Positions 1-13,584 of a stretch of DNA of 64,000 nt are shown here, piece after piece. Source of the DNA: Octopus sinensis (taxonomy: Eukaryota). The position numbers were made by a program, and so were the translations under genes. The stretch's first letter is position 1, and every line of letters starts with the position of its first letter. Location: NCBI RefSeq assembly GCF_006345805.1, contig NC_042997.1, positions 179,986,001-180,050,000 of the forward strand. The letters run 5' to 3'. A model generated the notes under the pieces. It was not told the DNA's origin and searched no databases. It worked only from the letters and a program-made list of their open reading frames with translations.

Positions 1-486
1 AAAGTGAAGCATCAGATGCAAATCGAAATATTGCCCGAAAATGAACTGAAAATTGTGCGAACCAACCTCGATTCCAAGGTTATTTTAGTAGTAAAAACTA
101 GTTGTTGTGCGCAAAACACAGCTTATTTGGGAGATAGATGATAAGCAGCTTTCGTTATGATAGTACAGATGTGACTAATTCGGAGAAATATTACATGATT
201 CACACGTCGTCACTCTCGTAATGCAATACTTCGTAATTTTGGTTCAAACTTTTGGCTCGTAATTTTGGCTCACATTGAAAGTGTAAAACTATTTCAAATT
301 TCTAACGAAACCTGGTCGTTGTAGAGCAGTGCATTTCAAATAGCTATAGCAGGTGGTTGAGATAAGTTAGAGAATATATAAATGAAAATAATATTTATTT
401 GGTATCCGAAAGATTACTGAATTTTTGATACCCCATACGTCAAAATCGGCAACTCAGTTTTCGAATGCATAAGGAACATACGCATG

Positions 487-494
487 CACACACT

Positions 495-533
<39 letters not shown>

Positions 534-543
534 GCTCTCTTAC

Positions 544-584
<41 letters not shown>

Positions 585-585
585 T

Positions 586-645
<60 letters not shown>
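487..645. repeat. Compound (CA)n/(TA)n microsatellite
   Basis: Directly visible dinucleotide runs; source of the 465..734 pseudo-ORF. Confidence 0.95.
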
Positions 646-646
<1 letters not shown>

Positions 647-660
647 ACAGCTATTATTAG

Positions 661-935
661 AGCGACGACAGAGCAGAATGGTCACTGCGCCTGACAAAAT
701 GCTTAGCGTTATTTTGTCTGCCGTTAACTTCTGAGTTCAAACTCCACCGAGGTCGACTTTGCCTTTAATCTTTTCGGGGTCGATTAAATAAGTACTAATT
801 ACGCACTGGGGTTGGTATAATCGACTTAATCTGTTTGTCCGTTCTTGTTTGTCCCCTCTGTGTTTAGCCCCTTGTGTGTAATAAAGAAATAGGTATTTCT
901 TCCTGCTTTACGTTCTGCTTTCAAATTCCTTGGAA
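661..935 (+). mobile_element. tRNA-derived SINE (Octopus OK-like family), degenerate head plus start of a second unit
   Basis: B-box-like GAGTTCAAACTCC, then GAGGTCGACTTTGCCTTT...GGGGTCGATTAAATAAGTAC and a 3' GTCCCCTCTGTGTTTAGCCCCTTGTG...AAAGAAATAGG shared with copies at 20.6, 46.3, 53.1 and 59 kb; restarts at GTATTT after 892. Confidence 0.85.
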
Positions 936-1062
936 AATAACATTTTCTTTGATCTTTTGGGATCAATGAATTAAGTACCAGTCAAACAAATAATCAAATA
1001 CCTCCCTTTCCCAAATCTCAGACATGTGGTTATATTAGAAATGATTATTACAACTATCATTA

Positions 1063-1260
1063 AGGCGGCGAGAGGGCAGAATACTAGTGTGTCGGTCAAA
1101 ATACATAGCTTCATTTCTTCCAAATCTATTTTTAGTTTAAATGCAACGTAGGTCATGTTTGCTTCTCGTCTTTTCAGCATCAATAAAATAACCAGTTGGG
1201 CACTGTTAGCAATTTATCCCCTCCTCTAAAATTTTAGAATTTGTGTCTTTGATGGAAAGA
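1063..1260 (+). mobile_element. Degenerate OK-like SINE
   Basis: Head AAGGCGGCGAGAGGGCAGAATACTAG resembles GGCGGCGAGCTGGCAGAAACGTTAG; 3' AATAAAATAACCAGTTGGGCACTG...CCCCTCCTCTAAAATTT. Confidence 0.5.
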
Positions 1261-1471
1261 ATTTTAACAGCTATCGCTGATAATATAGTCTAACGCATTT
1301 GGAGGGTAGGCAGAGAATAGGGTTACATGTTTTTGTGTTTTGAGTTCAAATTCCATACAAAACAGAAGATAGCTTTTTATCATTTCGCGACTAATTAAAT
1401 AAAGTACATGTCAAGTAATGAATTCAAAATAATTAATAGTTTCCTTCTCCAAAATTTGAAACTATGTTTGC

Positions 1472-1681
1472 ACTTTTGCTCTTTTGCTTGTTTCAGTCAT
1501 TTGACTGTGGCCATGCTGGAGCACCACCTTTAGTCGAGCAAATCTACCCCAGGACTTATTCTTTGTAAGCCTAGTACTTATTATATCGGTCTCTTTTGCC
1601 GAACCGCTAAGTCACTGGGACGTGCACACACCAGCATCGGTTGTCAAGTGATGTTGGGGGGACAAACACAGACACACAAAC
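1472..1681 (-). mobile_element. CORE-type SINE (OR-like), 3' half
   Basis: Near-identical to 14740-14940 (TTGTTTCAGTCATTTGACTG..GCCATGCTGGAGCACC...GGGACAAACAC). Confidence 0.85.
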
Positions 1682-3102
1682 ATAGTCTATAATTACTATA
1701 AGTTGTTTATCTCGATGAGCATATAATGTGGGATTCCCCTTTTTTTACGGTTGGTTTGTTGGGGGCTGTGCGAGGGCGTGCATGCACATGTATGTGCATG
1801 TGGGTGCACCCCAGCGTATCCACTTATACTTACTATATTAGGTTTATCTTTATGCCCTCCTTAATTTGTATTCCATTTTATTTATCTATTTATCTATACA
1901 TGGATATGTGTATGTAGATATATATATATATATATATATAAATATATATGTGTGTATGTATATATATATTCATATTTATTTATTTAATTATATTTTTTTA
2001 TCTGGCACTTACTAATCTATTATTAATTTAACTTATAATTAATAAACTTATTCTAAAGTAATAGTAACCTCTGTAGGTGTGTGAAAATGTATGTGTAAGT
2101 ATATATGTTTTTGTACATATAGGTATGATCGTGGGTGGATGTACGGATGTATGTTTTTATTACACATATAAGCACGCAGGTGCGTGCTTGGATGTGTATA
2201 TATGTATATGCGAATATTCATTCATAGGTAGATATAAATATGGGTTTTACTTGTACGTATGAGTGCGCAGATATATATTTAAAAATATATATATATATAT
2301 ATATGTGTGTGCGAAAGTTCCCTGAAACAGTATAGGAAAGTGCATTAATATTTATGCGTATATGCGGATGTACGTGTGAGTGTGTGTGTTAGTGTTAGAC
2401 ACTGCTGCCTGTACCGATATGTCTATAAGCAATACGATGACAGACATGCACTCTCCAATATTGGAGAGATGTGTGGGGGTGTATTCATGTGTGTGTACAT
2501 CTGTGTGTGAGTCTCTGTGTGGATGTATGGGTTTAGGGTTAGATGTGGTTATGTATGTTTTGCTTGTACGGTGTGGTGGAGGCCGGACGGTTCTCAATTG
2601 ACCAACCGTGAGGAAGATAATGATAATGTTAAATTCAAATCCAATAGTATATTTATGCCATAAGGAAAATTATTAACTGGAACACGGACATACATATATT
2701 CTGCTCTGGATCATAATGTAAGAGTTATTAATAATATTATGAATGATAACAATGATAACATTAATTCTATTGACAACGATAACGATACTAACTTTAATGA
2801 CACTTTGGAAACTATTATGAAGTAATATAATGTACTATTAACTATATATTTACATCTAGATATTAATTTGTGTATGTTTATTATCACAATATTAAGTCGA
2901 AAAAGTGAGACATTTGGTGTGGAACACATATATATGTTTACTAATTTATATTATTTATTTATATCATTATGTAAATGTATATTTTTTTATATGTATAGGA
3001 GTGTGAGTATATACACTCATATGTATATATATATATATGTTGTATTGTAGTTACGGACCCACACTCATGTGGGTATATGTGTAGACTGTGTTATATTACA
3101 TA

Positions 3103-3229
3103 ATCTCCGAAGAGGCCTTGTGATATTTTTGTTAAAGTCTCATTTATATCTATATATTGACCAACAATAAAGGGCTAATATTGGTAAAATAAGACATAAT
3201 TATCGACATGGCCGAAACAGCTGTAAGAT
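3103..3229 (+). ncRNA. Hammerhead ribozyme type I motif with large stem II insert, core mutated (CCGAAGA)
   Basis: ATCT-CCGAAGA-GGCC...about 92 nt...GGCC-GAAA-CAGCTG-TA-AGAT: stem I ATCT/AGAT, stem II GGCC/GGCC, palindromic stem III CAGCTG, GUA site; U4C substitution. Confidence 0.7.
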
Positions 3230-3497
3230 CTAATGTATGCTTATATTTATATTTACTTGTATTTATATTCTTTTTTATATATATTCTAATTATTATACAA
3301 CATTACTCTTTTATGTACACCTTTTTATGTACATTCCTTTATGTACACTGATTTGTTCTGCTTTTTTATATTTAACCCTGCAGTCTCTTATGTGGTGGTT
3401 TAATAAAGTATGTGATTGAGTATTATCTAGTAATTGATATTTGATTTAGATGTGTTTCTCCATTTTCTTATCTTGTATATATATATATATATATATA

Positions 3498-3660
3498 ACG
3501 GGCTTCTTTCTGTTTCCGTCTACCAAATCCACTCACAAGACTTTGGTCGGCCCAAGGCTATAGTAGAAGACACCTGCCCAAGGTGCCACGCAGTGGGACT
3601 GAACCCGGAACCATGTGGTTGGTAAGCAAGCTATTTACCACACAGCCACTCCTACACCCT
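3498..3660 (-). mobile_element. CORE-type SINE (OR-like), tRNA head and CORE segment
   Basis: Reverse complement reads GGAGTGGCTGTGTGGTAAATAGCTTGC...GGTTCCGGGTTCAGTCCCACTGCGTGGCACCTTGGGCAGG (A/B boxes; CCTTGGGCA CORE motif). Confidence 0.85.
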
Positions 3661-4099
3661 GTGTAAGAAATCTAAACTAATATTGTTAAATGGCGGTGAA
3701 TTGGATGGATCTATAGTTAGTCTGATATGAAATATTTTCAATTCTTAGTGGAGCGGACTTAGCCTTCCACCATCCAGAGGATGGTTATACAAAATGTTAG
3801 ACATGTGCAGAGGTGAGTATAATAGAGTCAATCTCCCTATCAAATTGAAGGTCTTGTCCATATGTAAAAATTCAAAATCAATATTGTTATCATTTTTCTT
3901 ACAATTGTATATTAGGCTGGTAGAAAAACGTATAACACCGCATGCTACATTGACATACTTGTACCTTCTCTTTACCAGCTTATTTAGTTGTGTATCTTTA
4001 GAAAATATCCTCTATAGCTTGAAACATACGGTATCTATTCTCTTGGTCTACTGATGCTCACACGTATATATATATATATATAGATGTGTGTGTGTATTT

Positions 4100-4159
<60 letters not shown>

Positions 4160-4999
4160 GTATGTATGTACGCATGTATGTATATATGTATGTATGTATG
4201 TATTTATGTATGTATGTATGTATGCATGTATATATGTATGTGTGTGTATGCATAGATACACGTAATTATAAATTGAATATTTATATTGCTGTCTAATGTC
4301 TCCTACAAATTATCTATGTATATTCTATTAGTAATGCGATATATGTAGTCATTAATAGGCACCCCGATGTTTTGATCTATTCTTTGTAATTATGACACGT
4401 TTCTACTTTTGTATCTAGCGCCGTAACTATATATGCTATATCTGGCGTATGAAAATGTGTTAAATGTTTTCATGGGGTACTGTGGTATATTTATTGTTTC
4501 GATGAATATCGAAATTTATTTGAATTCATTTTAAGAGTACATGCTTAATTTTGACTCTCTCAAGCTATCTATGATTGATTTGGTCTTCATGGTAATAATC
4601 GAAAGAATTTTGAATCATCCTGTTAAAAACAATTGACATTAATTAAGGTACATATAGTCTGTGTGATTTTAAGTACTACATCATAGTCAGCAAGGAAAGG
4701 TATAACCGCTTATGTCAATGGGATACATTGAGAAAAAAGGGCTAAAACAGTAAGAGAAAGGTTTTGCTGTGTTTATTATGGTATAAATTTCTGGTAGTGA
4801 TGGCTATTCTGAAGTGGAAACATAATAAAAAGTAAAACAGCAGACTAAGGTAAAATTATATTGTTTTATTATTTTTTTTTTCTGATTGTACGAGATGAGA
4901 AACAATGATTTATTAGATAGATGGACACTTGGAATTGTTTCAAGATATCTTTGTCATATCTTTCATATGAATTCTGCCTTTTCTTGCGCCAACTATCAG

Positions 5000-5089
5000 T
5001 ATTTAATACGAAAAACGAATTTGGAAATATTTATCTTGCTTCAAGAACTTCTAGATTACGTGGTGGGGATCGATTGACATCTGAACGAA
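5000..5089 (+). CDS. Candidate internal exon (phase 1-1) of an unidentified gene
   Basis: Acceptor ccttttcttgcgccaactatcag, donor gtatga; open frame xFNTKNEFGNIYLASRTSRLRGGDRLTSER; phase-compatible with 10749-10788. No homology recognised. Confidence 0.25.
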
Positions 5090-5139
5090 GTATGAAATAA
5101 AGAAAGTTGTATTACTAGCTGTAGTAATACTAATAACAG

Positions 5140-5333
5140 CTACAGCAGCAGCTATATCGTCGTCGTCGTCATCATCATCATCATCATCATCATCATTATA
5201 ATCATTATCATTATTATTACTACTAGTAGTAGTAGTAATAGTAGTAGATTTACTAACAATAACAATAATACAAACAATTGAAGTATTGTAGTAATATATA
5301 CACACACACATATATATATATCATACATCTGCT

Positions 5334-5404
<71 letters not shown>

Positions 5405-5424
5405 TGTATGCATACACACACAAC

Positions 5425-5459
<35 letters not shown>

Positions 5460-5515
5460 GTGTGTGTGTGTGTATACATATATATATATATATATATAAT
5501 ATATATATATATATT
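5140..5515. repeat. Compound (GTC/ATC/ATT/AGT)n then (CA)n/(TA)n microsatellites
   Basis: Directly visible. Confidence 0.9.
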
Positions 5516-6169
5516 GAGAAAAAAAAGGAAGAACTAAAAAAGTGAAAATTAATATGAGGAAGGGTGAGCGAAAAGAATTACAGATCAGAGGGAGAAAACA
5601 TTTTTTTTTAGATAGCTATCTAATTTGGTTTGTTGTTTCTGCTCTTGGAAAATGATGAATTGCCGTTATATGTTAGGTTTTTAGAAGATGTGATAATGCG
5701 ATAAAAGATGAAACTGTGTACTAAAAATATGATTCAATTATTGGATTGAACTTGTTAATTCTTAGCTTCATATATATTCAAGATAATATCATTGGCAGGG
5801 CACGTATGAAGAGTCAATATCAAACAACCGTATTTCGATGATAGAAAGTAACTTTTTGATTCTATACGATACGTTCTATTGCGAGACGGCCTCGAAATCT
5901 TTCAATTTTACCATGAAACCGAGTGGTGAAAAGGTATCCATAAAACTGATATCACATATATACTCAGATATATATGGAAGTATATATATATACATATATA
6001 TATGTGTGTGTGTGTGTCTGTGTGTATGTGTGTGTATGTATGGGAGATAATTACTAAGAAAATAATAATAGGATACAGTTTAACATAACCCGGCAACCAT
6101 CATTTTCTCAATAAATAATAGAAAACTAGACACCTAAGTAGGAACAATAAGAGCAGTAATATGCGCACT

Positions 6170-6284
6170 AGTTATAAGAATAACCACAATAATAATAACA
6201 ATAGAAATAATAATATTATTCAAATAAATACTAATAAAAATGATAACAACAACAACAGGAATAATAATCATAATGATGATGATG

Positions 6285-6330
<46 letters not shown>

Positions 6331-6386
6331 TGATAATAATAATTATAATTATAGTAATGATAATAATAATAAAAATAATAATGATG

Positions 6387-6447
<61 letters not shown>

Positions 6448-6524
6448 TGATGATGATGATGATGATGATGATGGTGATGATGATATTGATAATAATAATA
6501 ATAATAATAATGATGATGATGATG

Positions 6525-6569
<45 letters not shown>
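6170..6569. repeat. (AAT)n/(GAT)n trinucleotide array, 5' flank of the R4/Dong insertion
   Basis: Directly visible; abuts the first RT codons at 6570. Confidence 0.95.
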
Positions 6570-6570
<1 letters not shown>

Positions 6571-8352
6571 GAGGAATATTCCAGGGAGACACGCTCTCTC
6601 CACTCCTTTTCTGCTTGGCACTGTCACCTCTATCTGATATGCTAAATAGAACTGGATGCGGATATAAATGTTACGGCAAAACGATCAGCCACCTTTTATA
6701 TATGGATGACCTAAAACTATACGCTGCAAATGACAAACAGCTGGAAACACTATTAAAGAGAGTTCATGGATTTACCAAAGAAATAGATATGAAATTGGAT
6801 TAGAAAAATGCGCCAAAGTAACCATGAAAAGAGGAAAACTAGTTAAGAGTAACACACACACTAGATAAAACCAATGAAATAAAAGAATTAGACCAAAGCC
6901 AAACTTACAAATACTTAGGAATCCATGAACTAGATAAGACACAACACACACAAATGAAAGAGAAAATAAAAAAAGAATATTATAGACGAGTTAGATCAAT
7001 ACTAAAAACAGAGCTCAATGCTAAAAACAAGATAATAGGTATCAACACTTTAGCTTTCCCAGTTATAAGTTACAGCTACAATATCCTTAACTGGACACGA
7101 ATGAACTGTCCAAAATAGATAGGAAAACAAGAAAAATACTGACAGGATCTAGGATGCATCACCCAAAATCTGACATAGAAAGACTATATATACAACGTAT
7201 AGAAGGTGGTAGAGGCCTATACAGCTGGAAAACTACTATAAAATAACCAGCATAGGACTGCAAAAATACCTACTTCAGAGGAAGGAAAACTGATCCAGAT
7301 AGCAGCAAAACACGAGCAAAACAAAAAACTGTTCTCAGTATTTAAGGAAGCTGACAAATACAAACAAGAAATCATACCACCTAATAAACACAAAGAAGAA
7401 GAAGAAGATGATGAAGAACAACAAAAGCTATAAAACAAATGAAATCCAAACTAAAAATAGAACAGCAACGAGCCATGATAAAACGATGGCAAGAAAAGCC
7501 CCTTCATGGTAAATACTGCACTAAACTAAACGCAAAAAAAAGACAAATAGACAAAAAAATCCCAGCAATGGTTGAGAAGCTCAGGACTCAAAGCAGAAAC
7601 AGAGGGATTTTTAATTGCAGCACAAGACCAAAGCCTCCCCACCAGAAATTACCAAAAACATGTAATGAAAAGAAATATTACAAGTAACTGCAGAATATGT
7701 GGAGATGGACAAGAAACAACAAATCATATTATCTTTAGCTGCCCAGTCCTGGCTAAGAAGGAATATATTCACAGACATGACAGAGTTGGAACCTACATAC
7801 ATTGGAAACTATGCCAACATTATGGAATAACAACAGAAAAAAGATGGTATAGGCACACACCAGAAAAGGTCACAGAAAACGAGAAAGCAACCATACTCTG
7901 GGATATGCCGATACACACAGATAGAGAAATTAAGGCCAACAGACCAGAATAGTTCAGAGATCATGAAGAAAAAAAATGCTTTCTAATTGATGTATCAATA
8001 CCGGCAGATGACAACGTGTCTCTAAAAGAAATGGAGAAACTCTCAAAATACAAAGACCTGGAAATAGAGATAACTAGAATGTGGAACCTGAAAACAGAAA
8101 CAATTCCTATCATAGTAGGTGCATTAGGCATGATAAAAAAATATTCAGACAAATACATAACAAAAACACCAGGACTTACAAACACATATAACATACAGAA
8201 AATTGCACTACTAGGCACTGCACACATCCTACGCAGAACACTTTCCATACAATAACCATCAGAGCATCACAACAAATCACAGCACATACCTAAGGCACAC
8301 AGAGCTGCGCTCGGTAGTGAAGTGAAAGCACGCTAAAAAAATAAAACTACTG
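6570..8352 (+). mobile_element. 5'-truncated R4/Dong-clade non-LTR retrotransposon (RT + CCHC + RLE), frameshifted
   Basis: Translations RGIFQGDTLSPLLFCLAL, LLYMDDLKLYA, LKAETEGFLIAAQDQ, CRICGDGQETTNHIIFSC..RHDRV, KANRP, KYKDLEIEITRMW..IPIIVGALG; stop at 8255; (AAT)n on both sides. Confidence 0.92.
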
Positions 8353-8399
8353 AATAATAATAATAATAATAATAATAAGAGAAATTGCATTAGTAACAC

Positions 8400-8960
8400 A
8401 AACAATATCATTAAAAGTATCAGCAACAGCCACAGCACCAACAATGTAATACTTGAAACTATCCATTATATAGCCCCCACATAACTATATAGAACCTGTG
8501 ATTGTAGAATTAGCAGAAATTGTGTATTCAACAATAATTACATCAGAAACGAAGTAGTTTACAAATGTGTAGTAAGTACACAATCTAGTAATAAGGTAAA
8601 TGTAGGAGCAGCCCAGAACAACATGAAACAGACTTAATTATCATAGGTACACCTTTATAAACAGAAATAGTAGAAATTCAACAGGATTGAACAACTGCAT
8701 ATGGGAACTTAAGAATAAAGGAATAAAGGAATCACTGGGAGATTTTAACCAAAGCGCTAGCGTACAGTACAAAAATAGAAAATGTATGTTACATGTAAAT
8801 GAAATTTCCTTCATGATGAAAGCCAGCCTTCTGCTTGTTAATACTCTTCAGGAGAGAAACGGGTCCTGCCTGCATAAAATTAAACATTCCTTTTCAAAAT
8901 ATCCCGAGCACTTACTATTTAACCCCCACTGGACACTAGCGTCCCTCCTGTTTCGTATCA
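8400..8960 (+). mobile_element. Penelope-like element GIY-YIG endonuclease remnant
   Basis: Broken frames read NEVVYKCVVS...VGAAQNNMK..NYHRYTF..RNSTGLNNCIWELKNKG..ILTKALAY, the order of motifs expected in PLE GIY-YIG domains. Confidence 0.6.
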
Positions 8961-8984
8961 TATTAACAATATCCGTAGTATTAT

Positions 8985-9263
<279 letters not shown>

Positions 9264-9479
9264 GCATGTGTGAGTATGTTTATGTGTACATGTATATTTT
9301 TGTATACATATATATATTTATTTACTTGTCTAAAATTAATTTTTATTTAATTTAATTTTGTTTGAATGTTATTTTGCTCTCCTACTTGCCCAAAGTGGCC
9401 ACTGATTTTTATTCATTTATTTTAAAATTTACTTATTTATTTACCTCAATTTTGTGTTATCCTTTAACAGTCAACGAAC

Positions 9480-10135
9480 CGGAACCACGTCATAGTTTTC
9501 CGAATATAGCACACCAATTAAGTTACAGGACTGATCATAACCACTGCACACAAGGATTCAGGGACTTGATCGAAAAAATAACAAAAAAAAAATACCGTAA
9601 TTTGGTCAACACCTGGTGCCATACTCTCTTTAGTATCAACTAACATCCTACATATAAACTTCCACCTCTGAAACACGGACCATACTTTCAAACTATACTT
9701 TGAAACCCAACGCTGTAAACACAAACATAACGTGTATATATATGTAAACAAAAAAGGAACCACTGCCTAAATTTACCCTTCCTAAAAAATTCATCCTTAG
9801 AACGAATATTCCTACCTACCCACCACTGGACAAAATAACATGAATCTTGGAATATGACTTATTTCTCTTTCCTAAATTTTACAAATTTTGCTCCTCTCAC
9901 ACTGTCTTGCGCCTATTTTTCTTATGTCCTCTTCAATAAGAAAAATATACTGTACCTATTAAAAACTGACTCTTGTATATATCGGTTCTCCTAACCATTT
10001 AGACTCTCTGATGAAGCCTAGAGGCACACTCAATAATATCCAAACTCTATCTACCCATCCCTGCAGAACACTGAAGAGATGGAGCTAGCATGGAGAATTT
10101 CGTGGCTTCTTCGCAGAAACGGCCGTAAGGAACTG
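9480..10135 (+). mobile_element. PLE 3' remnant (degenerate GIY-YIG region plus terminal repeat with hammerhead core)
   Basis: Weak PLHTRI..FGQH..ILH motifs, then CTGATGA (10008), CTGAAGA (10071) and GAAACGGCCGTA (10116-10127). Confidence 0.5.
10003..10131 (+). ncRNA. Degenerate hammerhead ribozyme motif
   Basis: Core halves CTGATGA/CTGAAGA and GAAA-CGGCCG-TA with palindromic stem III; stems I and II only partly paired. Confidence 0.5.
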
Positions 10136-10441
10136 ATCATTTAAACATCTACTCTTTTATGTATTACTCGCATGTATTTGTGTAGCACACAGTCTATGCA
10201 TGTGTATGTATTCTCATAATACTCCCTTTTGTTTTGGAATAAATAGACATAATAGTATGTCTACCGGCTCATATATGTCATTTTTGCATCCCCTCCATTT
10301 TCTTTTTGCCGCATACATTAAGGGTAAAACACTTTTTACCCCATCCCATATATGATACTCGATTGCGAAATTGCCACGCAATAAACAGCACCTCGGTATA
10401 TTGGATAGGTACTGTCCCTCAGTTGGTTGGCTCTAACTCTC

Positions 10442-10479
<38 letters not shown>

Positions 10480-10570
10480 TATATATATATTGAGGCATAT
10501 ATGTATATAAGTATGTGTATGAATATATATATATAATATATTGAGGCATATATGTATATAAGTATGTGTA

Positions 10571-10626
<56 letters not shown>

Positions 10627-10748
10627 ATATATAATATATATATATATATCCGTGTGTGTCTGTGTGTCTGTGTGCGCTCGCGCATGTGTAAACTTATGTG
10701 TGTATATTTGGGACTGTACGTAAATCTATATCTATTTTTGTATTTCAG

Positions 10749-10788
10749 TGCTTCAACGTGCGGTTTTATTTAATCAGAGTATTTTTCA
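10749..10788 (+). CDS. Candidate 40-nt exon (phase 1-2)
   Basis: Strong acceptor tatctatttttgtatttcag and donor gtaagt; frame [14 protein letters not shown]. Confidence 0.3.
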
Positions 10789-11487
10789 GTAAGTATATTC
10801 TTTCACGAAAACCTTTGCATGAATATCTCTTTGCTCTTCTACCCGATAAACACGTTTATGTCTCAGTTCCATTACTATTCTATTTCTATGTATCCGATAT
10901 GATACACGATTATTTTATTTCAAATATAAAGTAGTTTCTTTCGTTTACACTTTTCAGATTCTCATTCATTCTCATTTCTTCCGTCATGTGCTCAATTTAT
11001 ATCCCATGGTACATATATTTCTTTACTATTATTTCTTCTCCATCCAGAATCCTTTTGTCTTACTATCTGCATCTACATTACATTATATTACTACAGCCTT
11101 TCTCTTCAAACCCACTCAAAAATTTCGGTGCAGTATTAGATATTCTTTTCAAATTTTGGTACAATGCCAGTAATTTCAGAGGAGGGGGTAAATTGATTAG
11201 AGCGGCCTCAAATCTTACCACAAAGTTAAGAACAAAGCTGACAGAAGCAGAATAGGAACACAGAACTGAAAGACGGACAGAATGTTGCTAAACGTTTAGC
11301 CCGTTCTGCTGATGATTCTACCAGCTCGTCACCGTAATGTAATATTTGATTTTGAAAGAACATTTACCGCACAACCACAAATATACACCCACAAAGCAAT
11401 ACTATTTTAGTTTCAATGCTTGGCAACTCGAGAAATAATATCAAATTCATTAAAAATAAAATTGGGCCAAGAAAACGAACTTCAAAG

Positions 11488-11532
<45 letters not shown>

Positions 11533-11684
11533 CACTGACACACTCACACACACATAAACTCACACACACACATGTATATATCGACCATGGGTAAATATTT
11601 TTCTTCACTCTCAGACCTATATTTGATTACTTTACTCTGGACAAGTATTATTTTTGAACTTGTCATCTCCCTAATATATAAATA

Positions 11685-12944
11685 CGAGGGACGTTCAATA
11701 AGTAATGCCTCTGACCCACTTGCAGTTGTTTGATCTAGCTGACATTTTGCATGTGCAATCATTTATATCTCTATAGATTAAGTGGCAAATTACAGCTCTG
11801 AATTAAGTGTGGTTTCTGATTTACAGGTGTTTGAACCGAGTCAAGTGTGAAATGGAGCCTGTTGAGTGTCGAGCAGTGATCCGGTTTTTGTATTTGAAAG
11901 GACGCACACCACGGGAGACTTTTGATGAAATGAAAGTAACTTATGGTGAAGATGCCCCATCATATGACCTTGTAAAACGCTGGCATCGTGAATTCAAACA
12001 TGGTGGGAACTCTGTGGAAACAGCTCCCAGATCTGGTCGCCCCTTCTGCCATTGATGAGGCATCTGTCCGTCAAGTTGAGGCTGCCATTTTGGAAGATCG
12101 ACGCATAATTATTCGCCAAATATCCCATGAGGTCAAGATTAGTACCGGGTCTGTGGAAGCTATCATTCATGACCATTTGCATATGCAAAAGGTGTCTGCC
12201 AGATGGATTCCCAGGTTGCTCACGCCTTTCCAGAAGCAAGAACGCGTCGAGTGCTCGAGGGTAAATTTGGAGATGTGCCAAGAAGATGAGTCAAAATTTT
12301 TCAAAAGACTGATTACACAGGATGAAACCTGGGTCTATCACGATGATCCAGAGACCAAAGCCCAGTCAATGCAGTGGAAGCACCGTGACTCACCCCTCCA
12401 AAGAAGGCAAGGGTGCAGCCCTCCTCTGGCAAGGTCATGCTCACAGTCTTCTGGGACCAGGACGGAGTAGTGATGACAGATTTCCTATTATGCTTCACTT
12501 TTGAGGAAATTAAGAGAAGTTATCAAAATCAAGAGGCAGGGCAAGATCAGCAAAGGCATCCTCCTCCTGCAGGACAACGCTCCGGTCCACAACTCGCTTG
12601 TCGCCAGATCGGAAGCACAAGCGTATGGCTATGAACTCCTCCCCCATCCCCCTACTTTCTTGACCTTGCACCCTCTGATTTTCACCTCTTCCCAGTCATG
12701 AAGTTGTTTTTGAAAGGAAAGCGTTTCCCAGATGATGCAGCCTTGATTTCTGAAGTCACGTTCAGGTTGGAGGACCAAGCTGGGGTCTTCTACAAAAACG
12801 GTCTCCAGAGCTGCATCAAACAATGGGAGAAATGCGTAACTGTGGGTGGTTCCTATGTAGAAAAAGACTAATAACTGTGCCAAGTTTCGTTGCTCTACTG
12901 CTATGGGAAGTGGGTCAGGGGCATTACTTATTGAACGCCCCTCG
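11685..12944 (+). mobile_element. Mariner DNA transposon, near full length, irritans (Himar1/Hsmar2)-like
   Basis: TIR CGAGGGACGTTCAATAAGTAATGCCTCTGACCCACT at 11685 and its inverted copy ending 12944; TA dinucleotide on both sides; transposase motifs inside. Confidence 0.95.
11852..12871 (+). pseudogene. Mariner transposase pseudogene (frameshifts, internal deletion)
   Basis: MEPVECRAVIRFL..RSGRP, WIPRLLT, ITQDETWVYH, GKVMLTVFWD, LQDNAPVH, LPHPP..DLAPSDF spread over several frames. Confidence 0.9.
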
Positions 12945-13550
12945 TATATGCAAATGATTTTCCTTCAGCGTTTAGCCAAAAATAGTTTCCCCTATTGTTT
13001 TTTATCTCTGCCGGTTTGCACCGCTTTCTCTTATTCGCCTTCCACCCAGCTTTATGATTTTCAATGTGCTTTGCATTTGCCACATATGCCCCAGATTTTT
13101 CGATAATTGCACTCTACGCAGAATACACTCGCTCCCCATACCTTCCTAAACATGCATATGCCACTCCCGCTTCTTCTCCCGTTGTTTGTACTCTGTGTAA
13201 GTTGGACATATTAATATAAATATCTTTAAATATATACTTTAAAAATCATCATCTGAGTCTGTAAATGTTGCTTTCGTTTTTCGTGTATACATATATACAT
13301 ATTTTAGGTATTTTGTATTTCATACCCAAACTATTATATTTAATACATCTAATATATTGTTTATATATATGTAATGTATCTACAGCACGGACTTTTGTCA
13401 GTGAACAGGTCGCGGACTTAAAGCGACGAAAATATTTTGACAAATTTTACTTAAATATTAAAGTGAATCTAACGGCATTTGTGTGTTTCTTAAATGGCTT
13501 ACAAACACCTTCCACGCTGCAATTGTCTGATATATATCATTTTTGTTTAT

Positions 13551-13584
<34 letters not shown>

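Noticed and set aside
1-478. Possible non-autonomous DNA transposon end
   Set aside because: It looks repeat-like, but no partner TIR or second copy is visible in the window.
3749-3811. Exon candidate GADLAFHIQRMVIQNVRHVQ with gtgagt donor
   Set aside because: No convincing phase link to the next candidate, and it may be antisense to an old PLE end.
10441-10650. Phase flips (TAAT/ATTA) in (TA)n runs and short local duplications (51 bp here; also 33246-33304 and 57021-57178)
   Set aside because: Typical of slippage or consensus errors in long AT dinucleotide runs; there is no evidence of function.
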